This document shows, piece by piece, positions 41,350 through 51,224 of a stretch of DNA of 64,000 nucleotides. The stretch spans positions 1 through 64,000 of the forward strand of contig CAZOYD010000011.1 of NCBI GenBank assembly GCA_964583985.1, read 5' to 3'. The number at the start of each line of letters is the position of its first letter. Within the stretch, counting starts at the first letter, position 1. The translations under genes were made by a program, and so were the position numbers. Under the pieces are notes generated by a model. That model worked only from the letters and a program-made list of their open reading frames with translations. It was not told where the DNA came from and searched no databases. Source of the DNA: an uncultured archaeon. Lineage in GTDB: Archaea > Asgardarchaeota > Lokiarchaeia > Sigyniarchaeales > SOKP01.

Positions 41350-42900
41350 ATGAAAATTGTCATAATAGGATCAGGAATAGCGGGGCTTACATCTGCAGCG
41401 CTTCTTGTAAAAGAAGGACATTCTGTAACCGTATATGAACAACATGAGAAAATTGGTGGAGTAACCGCAACGATTGAGAAAGAGGGTTACAAATGGGATT
41501 GGGGACAAATGTTAATTCCGGATATGGAAAAGGGTGAACCTGGAAGAGATATTCTTGAGAAATTAGGTATTTCTGAAAAAGTGAAAACTTTCAAATCCTA
41601 TAGAGAAAACTACTTCCCTGACTTCAGGATAAGCAAACCAAAAGAGTTCCAAGGGATCTATTGGAGAAAAGAATATTTAAAAAATTTTTTTCCCGAGGAT
41701 GCTAAAGGGTTGGATAAGTATTTCAAAATTTATGAAAGAATTCACGATGTAAGTGCACTTTTTAATAAAAAAGGTTTTCTTTCTAAACTCAAATTATTTT
41801 TAACTTTCCTGCCAATCATGAGAAAAAAAGGATGGAGCGCTCAGAAATTAATGGATTATTGTTTTACAAATAAAAAACTCCAAGCAGTATTCATTGCTAT
41901 TTTAGCTGATTACGTAGCATCTCCTGAAGTATTTCCGGGTTTAATTGTGCCAACGATTAATGCAGAATCGCAATATGATGATCGGATACCCTTAGATTAC
42001 GGAGGACACCAACATAGACAATCCTGGAGTTATATAGAAAATGGTATGGAAAGCCTTGTCAATGCGCTCGCTGGATATATCAAAGATAATGGTGGAAAAA
42101 TCCTTACTAACATTAGCATAGAAAAAATCAATTTAAAAGAGGAAAGAGTTAAAAGCGTGCTCTTATCTAATAGAGAAGAAGTTGAAGTTGAACTCGTCAT
42201 TGCAAGTGGGGGCGCAAAGGAATTATATTTAGATCTCGTAGGACGTGAGCACCTTTCAAAAGAATTTATAGAGACTTTTCTAGATCCTCTTTTCATAACT
42301 GAATCAGTATTCATGGTACATCTAGGAGTAAATTATGATCCCTCTATTTATCAAAATAACGCAGCATTATGTTATTATTATTTCACCTATGATATTAATG
42401 GAAGTATAAAAGAATGTCAAAAGGGAATTTATCACGAAGGAAATGATGGTCTTTTAATATATATCCCTTCATTGCACTCTCCTGAAATGGCTCCACCAGG
42501 GCATCACGCTGTAACTATTTACACCATTGCTCCTAATAATCCTATCAATGGTAGTTGGAAAGAAAATAAGGAAGATTGGGCTGAAAAACTCTTGGATTTA
42601 GCAGAAAAATTTATTCCTGGTCTTCGGGAACATTCTCAGACAAAAATAATTCTTACTCCAGAAGACTTTAAAAAACGAACATATCTAAAACATCACGCTT
42701 TTGGAGGAACTGTTCCGCATCTTAATGTTCCACCTCCTCAACACAAGACCCCGATAAAAGGTCTTTGGTTTGTCGGAGCTCAGAGTGAAAACTTTGGTGG
42801 GGTTGTGACGGGAATGGTAGGAGCAGAAAATGCCGTAAAAATGGTATTAAAAGAAGGAGAAACAACAACTAAACAAACTTTTAAGAGTCTTTCAAAATAA
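41350..42900 (+). CDS. Phytoene desaturase/CrtI-like FAD oxidoreductase, divergent paralog
   Basis: Same motifs as 39758..41281 (IGSGIAGL, ESVFMVHLG, YIPSLHSPEMAP). Confidence 0.82.
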   Translation: MKIVIIGSGIAGLTSAALLVKEGHSVTVYEQHEKIGGVTATIEKEGYKWDWGQMLIPDMEKGEPGRDILEKLGISEKVKTFKSYRENYFPDFRISKPKEFQGIYWRKEYLKNFFPEDAKGLDKYFKIYERIHDVSALFNKKGFLSKLKLFLTFLPIMRKKGWSAQKLMDYCFTNKKLQAVFIAILADYVASPEVFPGLIVPTINAESQYDDRIPLDYGGHQHRQSWSYIENGMESLVNALAGYIKDNGGKILTNISIEKINLKEERVKSVLLSNREEVEVELVIASGGAKELYLDLVGREHLSKEFIETFLDPLFITESVFMVHLGVNYDPSIYQNNAALCYYYFTYDINGSIKECQKGIYHEGNDGLLIYIPSLHSPEMAPPGHHAVTIYTIAPNNPINGSWKENKEDWAEKLLDLAEKFIPGLREHSQTKIILTPEDFKKRTYLKHHAFGGTVPHLNVPPPQHKTPIKGLWFVGAQSENFGGVVTGMVGAENAVKMVLKEGETTTKQTFKSLSK

Positions 42901-42928
42901 AGTTTCTTATTGAAAGAGGTAATTTTTG

Positions 42929-43882
42929 ATGTACAACTTCGAATTCTATCCTGCAAAAAAACCAACTTTTTATTATATCGGAGTTACAACAACAAAATCA
43001 TCAATAATGCGAGTTTTTCCTAAATGGGCAGACTATTTAGGAATTGGAGGTACACCGATAGTTGGAATTAATTGTAAAATTCATGATGATCCTAAAATTT
43101 ACAGGAAAATCGTAGAATTTATAAAAAATGATAAGAATTCATTGGGAGCATTAGTAACTTCTCATAAAATTGATTTATATGATGCTGCAAGTGATTTATT
43201 TGATCACATAGATTTTTATACTAAATTACTTGGAGAGCTAAGTTGTATATCTAAAAGTAATGGAGAACTCTGGGCACATGCTAAAGATCCAATAACAAGT
43301 GGTTTATCTTACGAATCTTTTATCCCTAAAGATCATTGGAAAAAAAATGAAGGAGAGATTTGCATAATGGGTGCCGGTGGAGCTTCATTAGCTCTCACGA
43401 CATATCTAATAGAATCAATGGATAATAAAAATTTGCCTTCTAAAATTCATGTAACTAATAGAACCATTCCCAGACTTGAAAAAATGAAAAAATTACATTC
43501 ACAAATTAATCAAAAAGCAAAATTTGAATATCATCATTGTCCAACACCAGAAGATAATGATCAAATTGTCAGTAATTTAAAGGAGTATTCTTTAGTTATC
43601 AATGGGACAGGTGCAGGAAAGGATTTTCCAGGATCTCCTATATCCGATTCTGTTGAATTTCCAAGAAATGGATTTGCTTGGGATTTTAATTTTAGAGGTG
43701 ATTTGTTGTTCTTAAAACAAGCTCATGCTCAAGAAAGAATGAAGAATTTGCATGTGGAGGACGGATGGGTTTATTTTTTACATGGATGGCAAAGAGTTAT
43801 AGCGGAAGTTTTTCACTTAGATATCCCCACGAAAGGTCCCGAGTTTGAAAGATTATCACAAATTGCATTGCAAGTGAAATAA
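42929..43882 (+). CDS. Shikimate-dehydrogenase-like NAD(P) oxidoreductase
   Basis: GALVTSHK, MGAGGA, VTNRT, VINGTG.G, WDFNFRG, DGW.YF.HGW. Confidence 0.75.
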   Translation: MYNFEFYPAKKPTFYYIGVTTTKSSIMRVFPKWADYLGIGGTPIVGINCKIHDDPKIYRKIVEFIKNDKNSLGALVTSHKIDLYDAASDLFDHIDFYTKLLGELSCISKSNGELWAHAKDPITSGLSYESFIPKDHWKKNEGEICIMGAGGASLALTTYLIESMDNKNLPSKIHVTNRTIPRLEKMKKLHSQINQKAKFEYHHCPTPEDNDQIVSNLKEYSLVINGTGAGKDFPGSPISDSVEFPRNGFAWDFNFRGDLLFLKQAHAQERMKNLHVEDGWVYFLHGWQRVIAEVFHLDIPTKGPEFERLSQIALQVK

Positions 43883-43899
43883 AATTATTGAGGATTCTC

Positions 43900-44475
43900 A
43901 TGAAAGATTATAAGTCATTTTCAATTAAATTTAGCTTGAATGATGGGCATTCTCCAAATCGAAATCCGACAAAGAGGATGCTTTCGGATATGAAAGGCAT
44001 GTATTTAGACAATAGATCATTTGAAAAAATCCTTGAACAAGGAAACATTTGTGTTTATGAATTCTATGAACTAGAAATTCCAAGAAAATCAAGCGATTTA
44101 TCATTTGGCACAACAATAATTTATTCAGGAAAAGTTGGTACTGAATATTTTATGACTAAGGGACACTTCCATGAAAAACTTGAGACCGCTGAAGTTTATT
44201 ATTGTACAAAAGGACACGGATTTTTACTTCTTGAAGATCCTGAAGGAAATTCTGAAATACAAGAAATGACTCCAGGAATTTCTGTATATGTACCTCCTAA
44301 TTTTGCCCATAGGAGCATAAATATTTCTAATTCCGAGCCTTTTGTAATGTTTTTTGTGTTTAGAGCGGATGCCGGACATAATTATAAAACTATAGAAACA
44401 AAAGGATTTCGAAAATTAATCATTGAAAAAGATGGAAAGCCAATTATAATCGATAATCCAAAATGGAAAGATTAG
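43900..44475 (+). CDS. Cupin-type (archaeal) glucose-6-phosphate isomerase family
   Basis: G.VG.EYFMTKGHFH, EVYY...G.G, YVPP.FAHRSIN, AGHNY.TIE.KGF. Confidence 0.88.
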   Translation: MKDYKSFSIKFSLNDGHSPNRNPTKRMLSDMKGMYLDNRSFEKILEQGNICVYEFYELEIPRKSSDLSFGTTIIYSGKVGTEYFMTKGHFHEKLETAEVYYCTKGHGFLLLEDPEGNSEIQEMTPGISVYVPPNFAHRSINISNSEPFVMFFVFRADAGHNYKTIETKGFRKLIIEKDGKPIIIDNPKWKD

Positions 44476-44496
44476 TAAGATAAAGTGAGATAATTC

Positions 44497-45429
44497 GTGA
44501 GTAAAGTATATATTGGGTCAAGAACATTAACTCTTAATGGTCACCCTGCATTGCAGAGATTAAAAAATGCTGGTTTGGAATTAATTTTTGGACCTCCAGG
44601 TAAACAACCTACTGAAGAGGATCAACTAAAGACATTACCCGAATGTATTGCATATTTAGCGGGAACTGAGAAAATCTCGGAGAAAGTATTAAAGACGGCC
44701 AAGTATCTAAAGGTTATTAGTAGAAATGGCGTTGGTACGGAAAATATTGATGTTAAAATTGCTAAAGCTTTAGGCATTACAGTAACAATCACTCCAGGAT
44801 CGAATGCTCAAGGAGTAGCAGAACTAACAATTTCTTTAATGCTAGCTGCGGTTCGTTCTATTCCAAATCAAAATAGAGATTTAAAGAAGGGGCAATGGAA
44901 CCGATTCAAAGGAATAGAGATAGAAGGAAAGACTCTCGGTATTATTGGTTGCGGGAATATCGGAAAACGAGTAACAAAAATGGCATTGGGATTAGGGATG
45001 AAAGTATTAGGATTTGATCTTTGTGCAGATCAATCATTTAATCCTTCAAATGATTTTAAGTATGTAAACCTATCAGATATATTCAAATTTTCTGATATTA
45101 TCAGCCTCCACGCTCCGCCAGGCGATAAACCAATTATAGATAAGAAAGCTTTATCCATGATGAAATCTGGAGTATGCATCATCAACACCGCTCGCGGAGA
45201 AGTTGTAGATGAATTAGAATTGGTCAAAGCTTTAAATTTAAACAGAGTTCAATATTATGCCACTGATGTATATAGAAATGAACCTCCGGAAGTTGATGAT
45301 CTAATTAGTCATCCTCGTACAATATGTACCCCCCACATAGGTGCTTATACAGAAGAAAGTATAAATCGTGCAGTTGAAGCTGCAATTGATAACATTTTGA
45401 TGGAGTTAGGATTAGATGCCAAACATTAA
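44497..45429 (+). CDS. D-isomer 2-hydroxyacid dehydrogenase (PGDH-like)
   Basis: SRNGVG.ENID, VAE, GIIGCGNIG, INTARG, DVY..EPP, TPHIGA. Confidence 0.9.
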   Translation: MSKVYIGSRTLTLNGHPALQRLKNAGLELIFGPPGKQPTEEDQLKTLPECIAYLAGTEKISEKVLKTAKYLKVISRNGVGTENIDVKIAKALGITVTITPGSNAQGVAELTISLMLAAVRSIPNQNRDLKKGQWNRFKGIEIEGKTLGIIGCGNIGKRVTKMALGLGMKVLGFDLCADQSFNPSNDFKYVNLSDIFKFSDIISLHAPPGDKPIIDKKALSMMKSGVCIINTARGEVVDELELVKALNLNRVQYYATDVYRNEPPEVDDLISHPRTICTPHIGAYTEESINRAVEAAIDNILMELGLDAKH

Positions 45430-46285
45430 TATCACTACCGAATTTATTGAAAATTTAGAGTTATTTATTGAAAGTAATGCACTCTCATCACATGAAGTTC
45501 AGCTTGCTTGGATTGGTCAAGCAGGATTTATTTTTAAATTCAAAGACAAGTTATTATTAATTGATCCTTACCTTTCGGATTACTTATCAAGGAAGTATAA
45601 AGGAAAATTATTTCCACATATTAGATTAATGGAACTTCCAATAGAGCCTCAGAAAATTACAAAAGTGAATTATATCTTGTGCTCACATGCGCATTCTGAT
45701 CACATGGATCCTGAAACAATTTCAATTCTCAGTGAAAAGAATCCGGATGTAAAAATAATTGTACCTGCTGCAGAAATTGAAGAGGTCATTAAGAGAGGAG
45801 CGAAAAAACTTCAAGTCATTGGATTAAATGATGGAAATACGCTTTTATTAGAAAAAGGAATAAAAGTCATGGGAATTGCTGCAGCTCATGAAAATCTAAA
45901 AGTTAATGAAAATGGAGAGCACCATTTTTTAGGATATGTATTTGATTTTGAAGGCGTAAGAATCTATCATTCAGGAGATTGTATTCCCTATCCGGGATTA
46001 ATAAATAAGTTAAAAGATTTAGAAATTGATTTAGCTCTGTTGCCGATTAATGGTCGGGATGAATATCGGTTGAATAATAATATTGCGGGAAATTTTTTAA
46101 TTTCCGAAGTTTTAGAGATATGCAAATCTGCCAAGATTGAAGCACTCATTGTTCATCATTTCGGCATGTTCGCATATAACACGGTAACAGAAACAGAATT
46201 AGAAAATTTAAGAGCCGCTGATTTCTCGCAACTCCAAATATTTGTCCCAAAAATTAAAACTATTTATAAAGTTAAAAAGAAATAA
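45416..46285 (+). CDS. Metallo-beta-lactamase-fold hydrolase (UlaG-like lactonase family)
   Basis: WIGQAGF, IDPYLS, SHAHSDHMD, YHSGD, LPING, HHFGMF. Confidence 0.85.
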   Translation: MPNINITTEFIENLELFIESNALSSHEVQLAWIGQAGFIFKFKDKLLLIDPYLSDYLSRKYKGKLFPHIRLMELPIEPQKITKVNYILCSHAHSDHMDPETISILSEKNPDVKIIVPAAEIEEVIKRGAKKLQVIGLNDGNTLLLEKGIKVMGIAAAHENLKVNENGEHHFLGYVFDFEGVRIYHSGDCIPYPGLINKLKDLEIDLALLPINGRDEYRLNNNIAGNFLISEVLEICKSAKIEALIVHHFGMFAYNTVTETELENLRAADFSQLQIFVPKIKTIYKVKKK

Positions 46286-46301
46286 TGCATAAGGTCTAAT
46301 T

Positions 46302-46937
46302 ATGGATATAATTGATAAAATCAAAAATTTAAAAATAGTTCCAGTTGCAGTAATTGAAAACTCAAATCATGCCCTACATTTAGCAAAAGCTCTCATAGAT
46401 GCAGGTCTTCCAATAATTGAAATTACATTCAGAACTGATGCGGCGGCAAAGTCGATTTCCATTATAAAAAAGGAATATCCAGAAATGTTAGTAGGGGCAG
46501 GAACTGTTCTAAAGATCGACCAAGTTAAGGAGGCTGTTAAGTCGGGTTCTGAATTTATTGTTACTCCGGGATTTAATCCCACTGTTGTTGATTATTGTAT
46601 TGAGAATAAAATTATCATAATCCCGGGTCTTAATGCCCCCTCATTTATAGAATGGGGTTTAGAAAGAGGGCTGGATTTTTTCAAATTTTTTCCAGCAGAT
46701 TTATCTGGAGGATTTAAAATGATTAAATTGCTTTCGGGACCGTATCCCAATGTCAGATTCATGCCAACGGGTGGAATTAACGATGAAACGCTTGCAGATT
46801 ACCTTAAATTAGATAATGTTATAGCGTGTGGTGGAAGTTGGATAGTAAGTAAGAACTTAATTTCATCTGGTAATTTTGAAGAGATTAAAAGACTAACGAA
46901 AAGAGCACTATCTTTAATAAAATCTGACATGGAATAA
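46302..46937 (+). CDS. eda: KDPG/KHG aldolase
   Basis: IEITFRT, GAGTVL, FIVTPG, KFFPA, FMPTGGI, CGGSW. Confidence 0.92.
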   Translation: MDIIDKIKNLKIVPVAVIENSNHALHLAKALIDAGLPIIEITFRTDAAAKSISIIKKEYPEMLVGAGTVLKIDQVKEAVKSGSEFIVTPGFNPTVVDYCIENKIIIIPGLNAPSFIEWGLERGLDFFKFFPADLSGGFKMIKLLSGPYPNVRFMPTGGINDETLADYLKLDNVIACGGSWIVSKNLISSGNFEEIKRLTKRALSLIKSDME

Positions 46938-46970
46938 TTTCTTTTTGCTAAAAACACTAATCGAATTTAG

Positions 46971-48461
46971 GTGAGACCGTTTACAAACATTCTTGCTATT
47001 GATATAGGAACGCAAAGCATCCGAGCAGGTATTATCAATACGCACGGAAAAATTTTGGCTGTTTCACAACTCCAACAAGATGTATTCAGCCCATTTCCAA
47101 ACTGGGCTCAACAGAAACCGAAAATCTGGTGGGATTTGACAAAAAAAGTCATATCTAATCTAATTAACGAGTCAGAAATTGATGTGGATACGATTAAAGG
47201 AATAAGTACTTGTGGACAGATGCATGGTCCAGTGGGAATTGATGATAACGGCGAAATTACTACAGAATGGACTCAAATATGGATGGATAAGCGTTGTGAA
47301 GATATCTGTAATACGGTACGAAAAAATTTTGATGAATTAAAATTGAGTAAAATTACTGGTAACCCAATTACAACTGGGTGGTCAGGATTTAAAATTAAAT
47401 GGATAAAAGAGAACCAACCTGAAATATATCATAATACAAAATGGTTCCTCGTCCCAAAAGATTTCATTAATTATCAACTTACGGGTGTCGCAGGTACAGA
47501 TCCTAGTGAAGCTTCAGGAACATATCTCTATGATTTTAATACTGATAAATATTCAAATTACATGGCTGATGTTTTAGACATCGATCTTGATAAAATTCCA
47601 CCTATTCACCGTTCCTATGATATTATTGGAAAAATTCGAACAGAAATTTCAAAAGAACTAAGAATTCCCGATGACATTCCGGTTATAGCTGGTGGGGGAG
47701 ATTTCATTGTTTCTTTATTGGGAATAGGGTTAATAATGGAGGGAACTGCTGTTGATATGACGGGGACGAGTACTCTCTTTGTCGTTCAAAAAGATAATCC
47801 GATAATAAATCCCTCAGTGCAAAATTTAAGACATGTAATAAAAGGATGGATTCCATTCACTATGCTCGATACTGGTGGTTTAAGCATGAAATGGTGTAAG
47901 GATTTCTTAAATTCTGTTAATTCTGGAAAAATCTCATACGAACATATGATTAAAATGGCAGAAAAAATATCCGTTGGAAGCGAAGGTTTGATTTTTTACC
48001 CCTACTTGTTAGGTGAACGCAGGCAAGAAAATGTTACAGCAAAAGGGTGTTTTTTTGGATTAACTTTAAATCATAAAGCAGGGCATGTAGCACGATCCGT
48101 AATGGAAGGTGTTGGTTTAGCTCTAGGAAAAGATATTCAAACTTTTAAGAAGATGGGAGTAGACATCCATCAAGTATTTTGCGTGGGAGGAGCAACTCGA
48201 AATAAGTTGTTATATCAAATAAAAGCGGATATCAGCCAAATCCCCCAAATTTTAACTGAAGAACCAGAGGCTAGTTTAAGAGGTTGCGGTTTACTTGCAG
48301 CTTATGGTTTAGGATTTATAAAAAATTTCAAGGATAATATTGTTGATAGCGATAAAAATTACTCCATTATCCAACCCGATAAAACAAAGGAAATTGAATA
48401 CAATAAATTACAATTGAAATTTAATAGAATGTATGATCTTCTGTTAGGATATTGGAAATAA
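46971..48461 (+). CDS. FGGY-family sugar kinase (xylulokinase-like)
   Basis: IDIGTQS, GQMHG, W.D.R, PKDFI, GGGD, PYLLGER, VGG. Confidence 0.9.
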   Translation: MRPFTNILAIDIGTQSIRAGIINTHGKILAVSQLQQDVFSPFPNWAQQKPKIWWDLTKKVISNLINESEIDVDTIKGISTCGQMHGPVGIDDNGEITTEWTQIWMDKRCEDICNTVRKNFDELKLSKITGNPITTGWSGFKIKWIKENQPEIYHNTKWFLVPKDFINYQLTGVAGTDPSEASGTYLYDFNTDKYSNYMADVLDIDLDKIPPIHRSYDIIGKIRTEISKELRIPDDIPVIAGGGDFIVSLLGIGLIMEGTAVDMTGTSTLFVVQKDNPIINPSVQNLRHVIKGWIPFTMLDTGGLSMKWCKDFLNSVNSGKISYEHMIKMAEKISVGSEGLIFYPYLLGERRQENVTAKGCFFGLTLNHKAGHVARSVMEGVGLALGKDIQTFKKMGVDIHQVFCVGGATRNKLLYQIKADISQIPQILTEEPEASLRGCGLLAAYGLGFIKNFKDNIVDSDKNYSIIQPDKTKEIEYNKLQLKFNRMYDLLLGYWK

Positions 48462-48615
48462 ATGTTATTATTTAGTTTATTAAAAAACACAACATTCCGT
48501 ATAAACTAAGTTTTTTTTATACTGAGAATTAATGATTATATATAAGAATAAAGTTAATAACCAAATGTTAGGAAATATACATATACATTAAAAGAATATA
48601 TTGGAGTTCAATTGT

Positions 48616-51216
48616 ATGGCTGAAACTGCTACCTTGGAAATGGTTGATAACGCGAGTGATAGGATAAAACAGCTTCGCAGGAGGTATCTTGATGAAAAAC
48701 CCTTTATCTCGATCGAAAGGGCTAAATTTTTCACGGAAAAATGGAAAGAAACTGAAAACATGAATATATCTAATAATGTTCGTGTTGCTTTATCAATGAA
48801 AAATGTGTTCGAAAAAATGCATTTTAACTTTGATCCAGATGATAGAATTGCTGGTACATGGACAGAAAATTTCTTGGGGATACCAATCGACATTGAACGG
48901 GGGTTATTTAATAGAGTATTTGAGGTGGAGCTTGATATAAAGTCAATGAAAAAATTTGCTAAGGAGAGTAATAAGGCGTTCATGGCATACATGATAAATA
49001 AATATGGTTCTGAGGGATTACTAAACATTCTGGATCATTCTAAAAAGATTGGAGTTGCCATGCCTGAATTAGGGACAGATACTTTAGATAGAAGGAAGAT
49101 AAACCCTTACCAAATTAGAGAAAAAGATAAGGAATTACTACTTAAAGAATTGCTTCCTTATTGGAAGGAAAAAACAATAGCCGACAAGTTAGCAAGAGCT
49201 TTCATTGAGAATAAAATATATCCAGGAGAATTCGGAGAATTCATTCAAAATTTGCCTAGATCAACAGGTCAAGGTGATATGGTTACTTCAATTGGATCTG
49301 CTCTTGGGGTTTGGCAAGGACATCTAATCTTGAATCATGAAAAGCCAATTCAAAAAGGTCTATTATTCATGAAAAATGAAGTACAAGAATTAATCAACTC
49401 TAATAATAAATTTTCAAAATCAGAACAAGATTTTCTTGAATCCGTTAACATTGCTCTTGAAGGAGTTATGATCTTTTCGAGAAGGTTAACAGAAAAACTC
49501 GAAAATGAATTAGATAGGACTTCAGATGAATCTACAAAAGTAATACTAAGACAAATGCTTAAAACTTGTCAGAAAGTTCCGCTGTATCCTGCCGAAACAT
49601 TTAGGGAAGCCGTTCAGTCATATTGGACAATAAAAACCGCTGTTGAGATTGCGATGCCATTTAATGTCCATTCACCCGGTCGTCTTGATCAAATTTTTTA
49701 TCCCTTTTTTAAGAGAGATATTGATTATGGACGAATCAGTAATGAAGAAGCTCGAGAACTTTTAGAGGAATTATTTTTAAAAATCATGAGTCACAACATG
49801 CGTCCATATTCCAATGCTTCCAGTGATTTTAGCCAACGATATGAAGGATCTGAACCAGTTACATTAGGAGGATTAACATTTAATGGGAGAGATGCAACTA
49901 ATGAATTAACATATTTAATGCTTGAAGCAGCTGATCGATCTAAAGCTTCTTTAAATTTTGCGGTTCGTATTCATAAAAATAGTTCCGAAGAACTACTAAT
50001 GAAAATAGCAGATTTGCATTATCATGGAGTTTCTAGCGTATCTTTAATGAACGATGAGATTTGTATTCAATCTCTATTAAATAGAGGATTTACTAAAGAA
50101 GATGCGAATGGATATGCCATTACGGGGTGTGTGGATATGTGCAGCCCAGGAAAGACGGGAGGAGAAGGATTTTCTTCGATATTATTATGTCGAACACTTG
50201 ATTTAGCAATTAGAAATGGAGACTCACAAACCTTGGTCGGATTAGTAAAGAATGCAGGGCTAAAAACGGGGGATCCAGATAATTTTGCTGATTTTAATGA
50301 GTTTTTAGAAGCTTTTTTTACCCAATCTGACTTCATGATTAAAAAAATTGTTGAGGGCTCTACAATTCGCGATAAATTATTTGCTGAAATTCTCCCCGCT
50401 CCATTTATATCTGCTTTTATCGATGGATGCCTTGAGAATAAAAAGGACATTACTGAGGGAGGTGCTATTTATGATTGTGAAGGAATTCTTTTCATGACTA
50501 GTATTGCCAATTCGATTGATTCATTATATGTTATTAAAAAATTAATCTTTGAACAAAAGAAATTCACCTTTAAAGAATTGATTAATGCAATTGATAATAA
50601 TTTCAGTAATGGATATGAACACATTCATGAATTAATCTTGGATTTAGATGGAAAATGGGGTAATGGAAATCCCGAATCAGATGAACTTGCGAGAAAAGTA
50701 ACTTCTCACATGTTTAATGAGACTTACAAATATAGAACTTATAAAGATGGATTTTACGCGCCTTTTATTAATAGCATGACAACCCATACATATGATGGAA
50801 GAATTTCCATTGCAACTCCAGATGGAAGGGTTGGAGGAAAGCCATTTGCAGCTAGTTGTAATCCGTATAACGTTGAAAAACATGGTCCTACTGGAGTATT
50901 ACGCTCTGTATCAGCATTAGAATATGAACATGTGATGGGGTGTGCGGTAAATATTCGAATGCATCCATCGGGAATTGGAAAAAGCAATGAGGCCAAGAAA
51001 AAATGGATTTCATTGATAAAAACTTACTTCCAATTAGGAGGGGAACAACTCCAACCCACTGTTGTATCCACGGATGTTTTAAAAGCAGCGCAGATTAATC
51101 CTGAAAGTTATCGCAACATAATAGTCAAAGTTGGAGGTTATAGTGCATATTTTACTGACTTGGGAAGGGAGATTCAAGACGAAATAATTTCGAGAACTGA
51201 ACATACCATGGTTTAA
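48616..51216 (+). CDS. Glycyl radical enzyme, uncharacterised non-PFL type
   Basis: IS.ERA, PA.TF.EA.Q..W, SPGRLDQ, TLGG, Cys loop GCVD, ATPDGR, glycyl motif IVKVGGYSAYF; ATG 48616. Confidence 0.92.
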   Translation: MAETATLEMVDNASDRIKQLRRRYLDEKPFISIERAKFFTEKWKETENMNISNNVRVALSMKNVFEKMHFNFDPDDRIAGTWTENFLGIPIDIERGLFNRVFEVELDIKSMKKFAKESNKAFMAYMINKYGSEGLLNILDHSKKIGVAMPELGTDTLDRRKINPYQIREKDKELLLKELLPYWKEKTIADKLARAFIENKIYPGEFGEFIQNLPRSTGQGDMVTSIGSALGVWQGHLILNHEKPIQKGLLFMKNEVQELINSNNKFSKSEQDFLESVNIALEGVMIFSRRLTEKLENELDRTSDESTKVILRQMLKTCQKVPLYPAETFREAVQSYWTIKTAVEIAMPFNVHSPGRLDQIFYPFFKRDIDYGRISNEEARELLEELFLKIMSHNMRPYSNASSDFSQRYEGSEPVTLGGLTFNGRDATNELTYLMLEAADRSKASLNFAVRIHKNSSEELLMKIADLHYHGVSSVSLMNDEICIQSLLNRGFTKEDANGYAITGCVDMCSPGKTGGEGFSSILLCRTLDLAIRNGDSQTLVGLVKNAGLKTGDPDNFADFNEFLEAFFTQSDFMIKKIVEGSTIRDKLFAEILPAPFISAFIDGCLENKKDITEGGAIYDCEGILFMTSIANSIDSLYVIKKLIFEQKKFTFKELINAIDNNFSNGYEHIHELILDLDGKWGNGNPESDELARKVTSHMFNETYKYRTYKDGFYAPFINSMTTHTYDGRISIATPDGRVGGKPFAASCNPYNVEKHGPTGVLRSVSALEYEHVMGCAVNIRMHPSGIGKSNEAKKKWISLIKTYFQLGGEQLQPTVVSTDVLKAAQINPESYRNIIVKVGGYSAYFTDLGREIQDEIISRTEHTMV

Positions 51217-51224
51217 AGAGTCCA

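Noticed and set aside
42929-43882. aroE in aromatic amino-acid biosynthesis
   Set aside because: The N-terminal shikimate-binding motif (SxSP) is not evident and the context is sugar catabolism
48616-51216. Annotation as pyruvate formate-lyase (pflB)
   Set aside because: Lacks the adjacent Cys-Cys pair; the activase has the ferredoxin insert typical of non-PFL GREs
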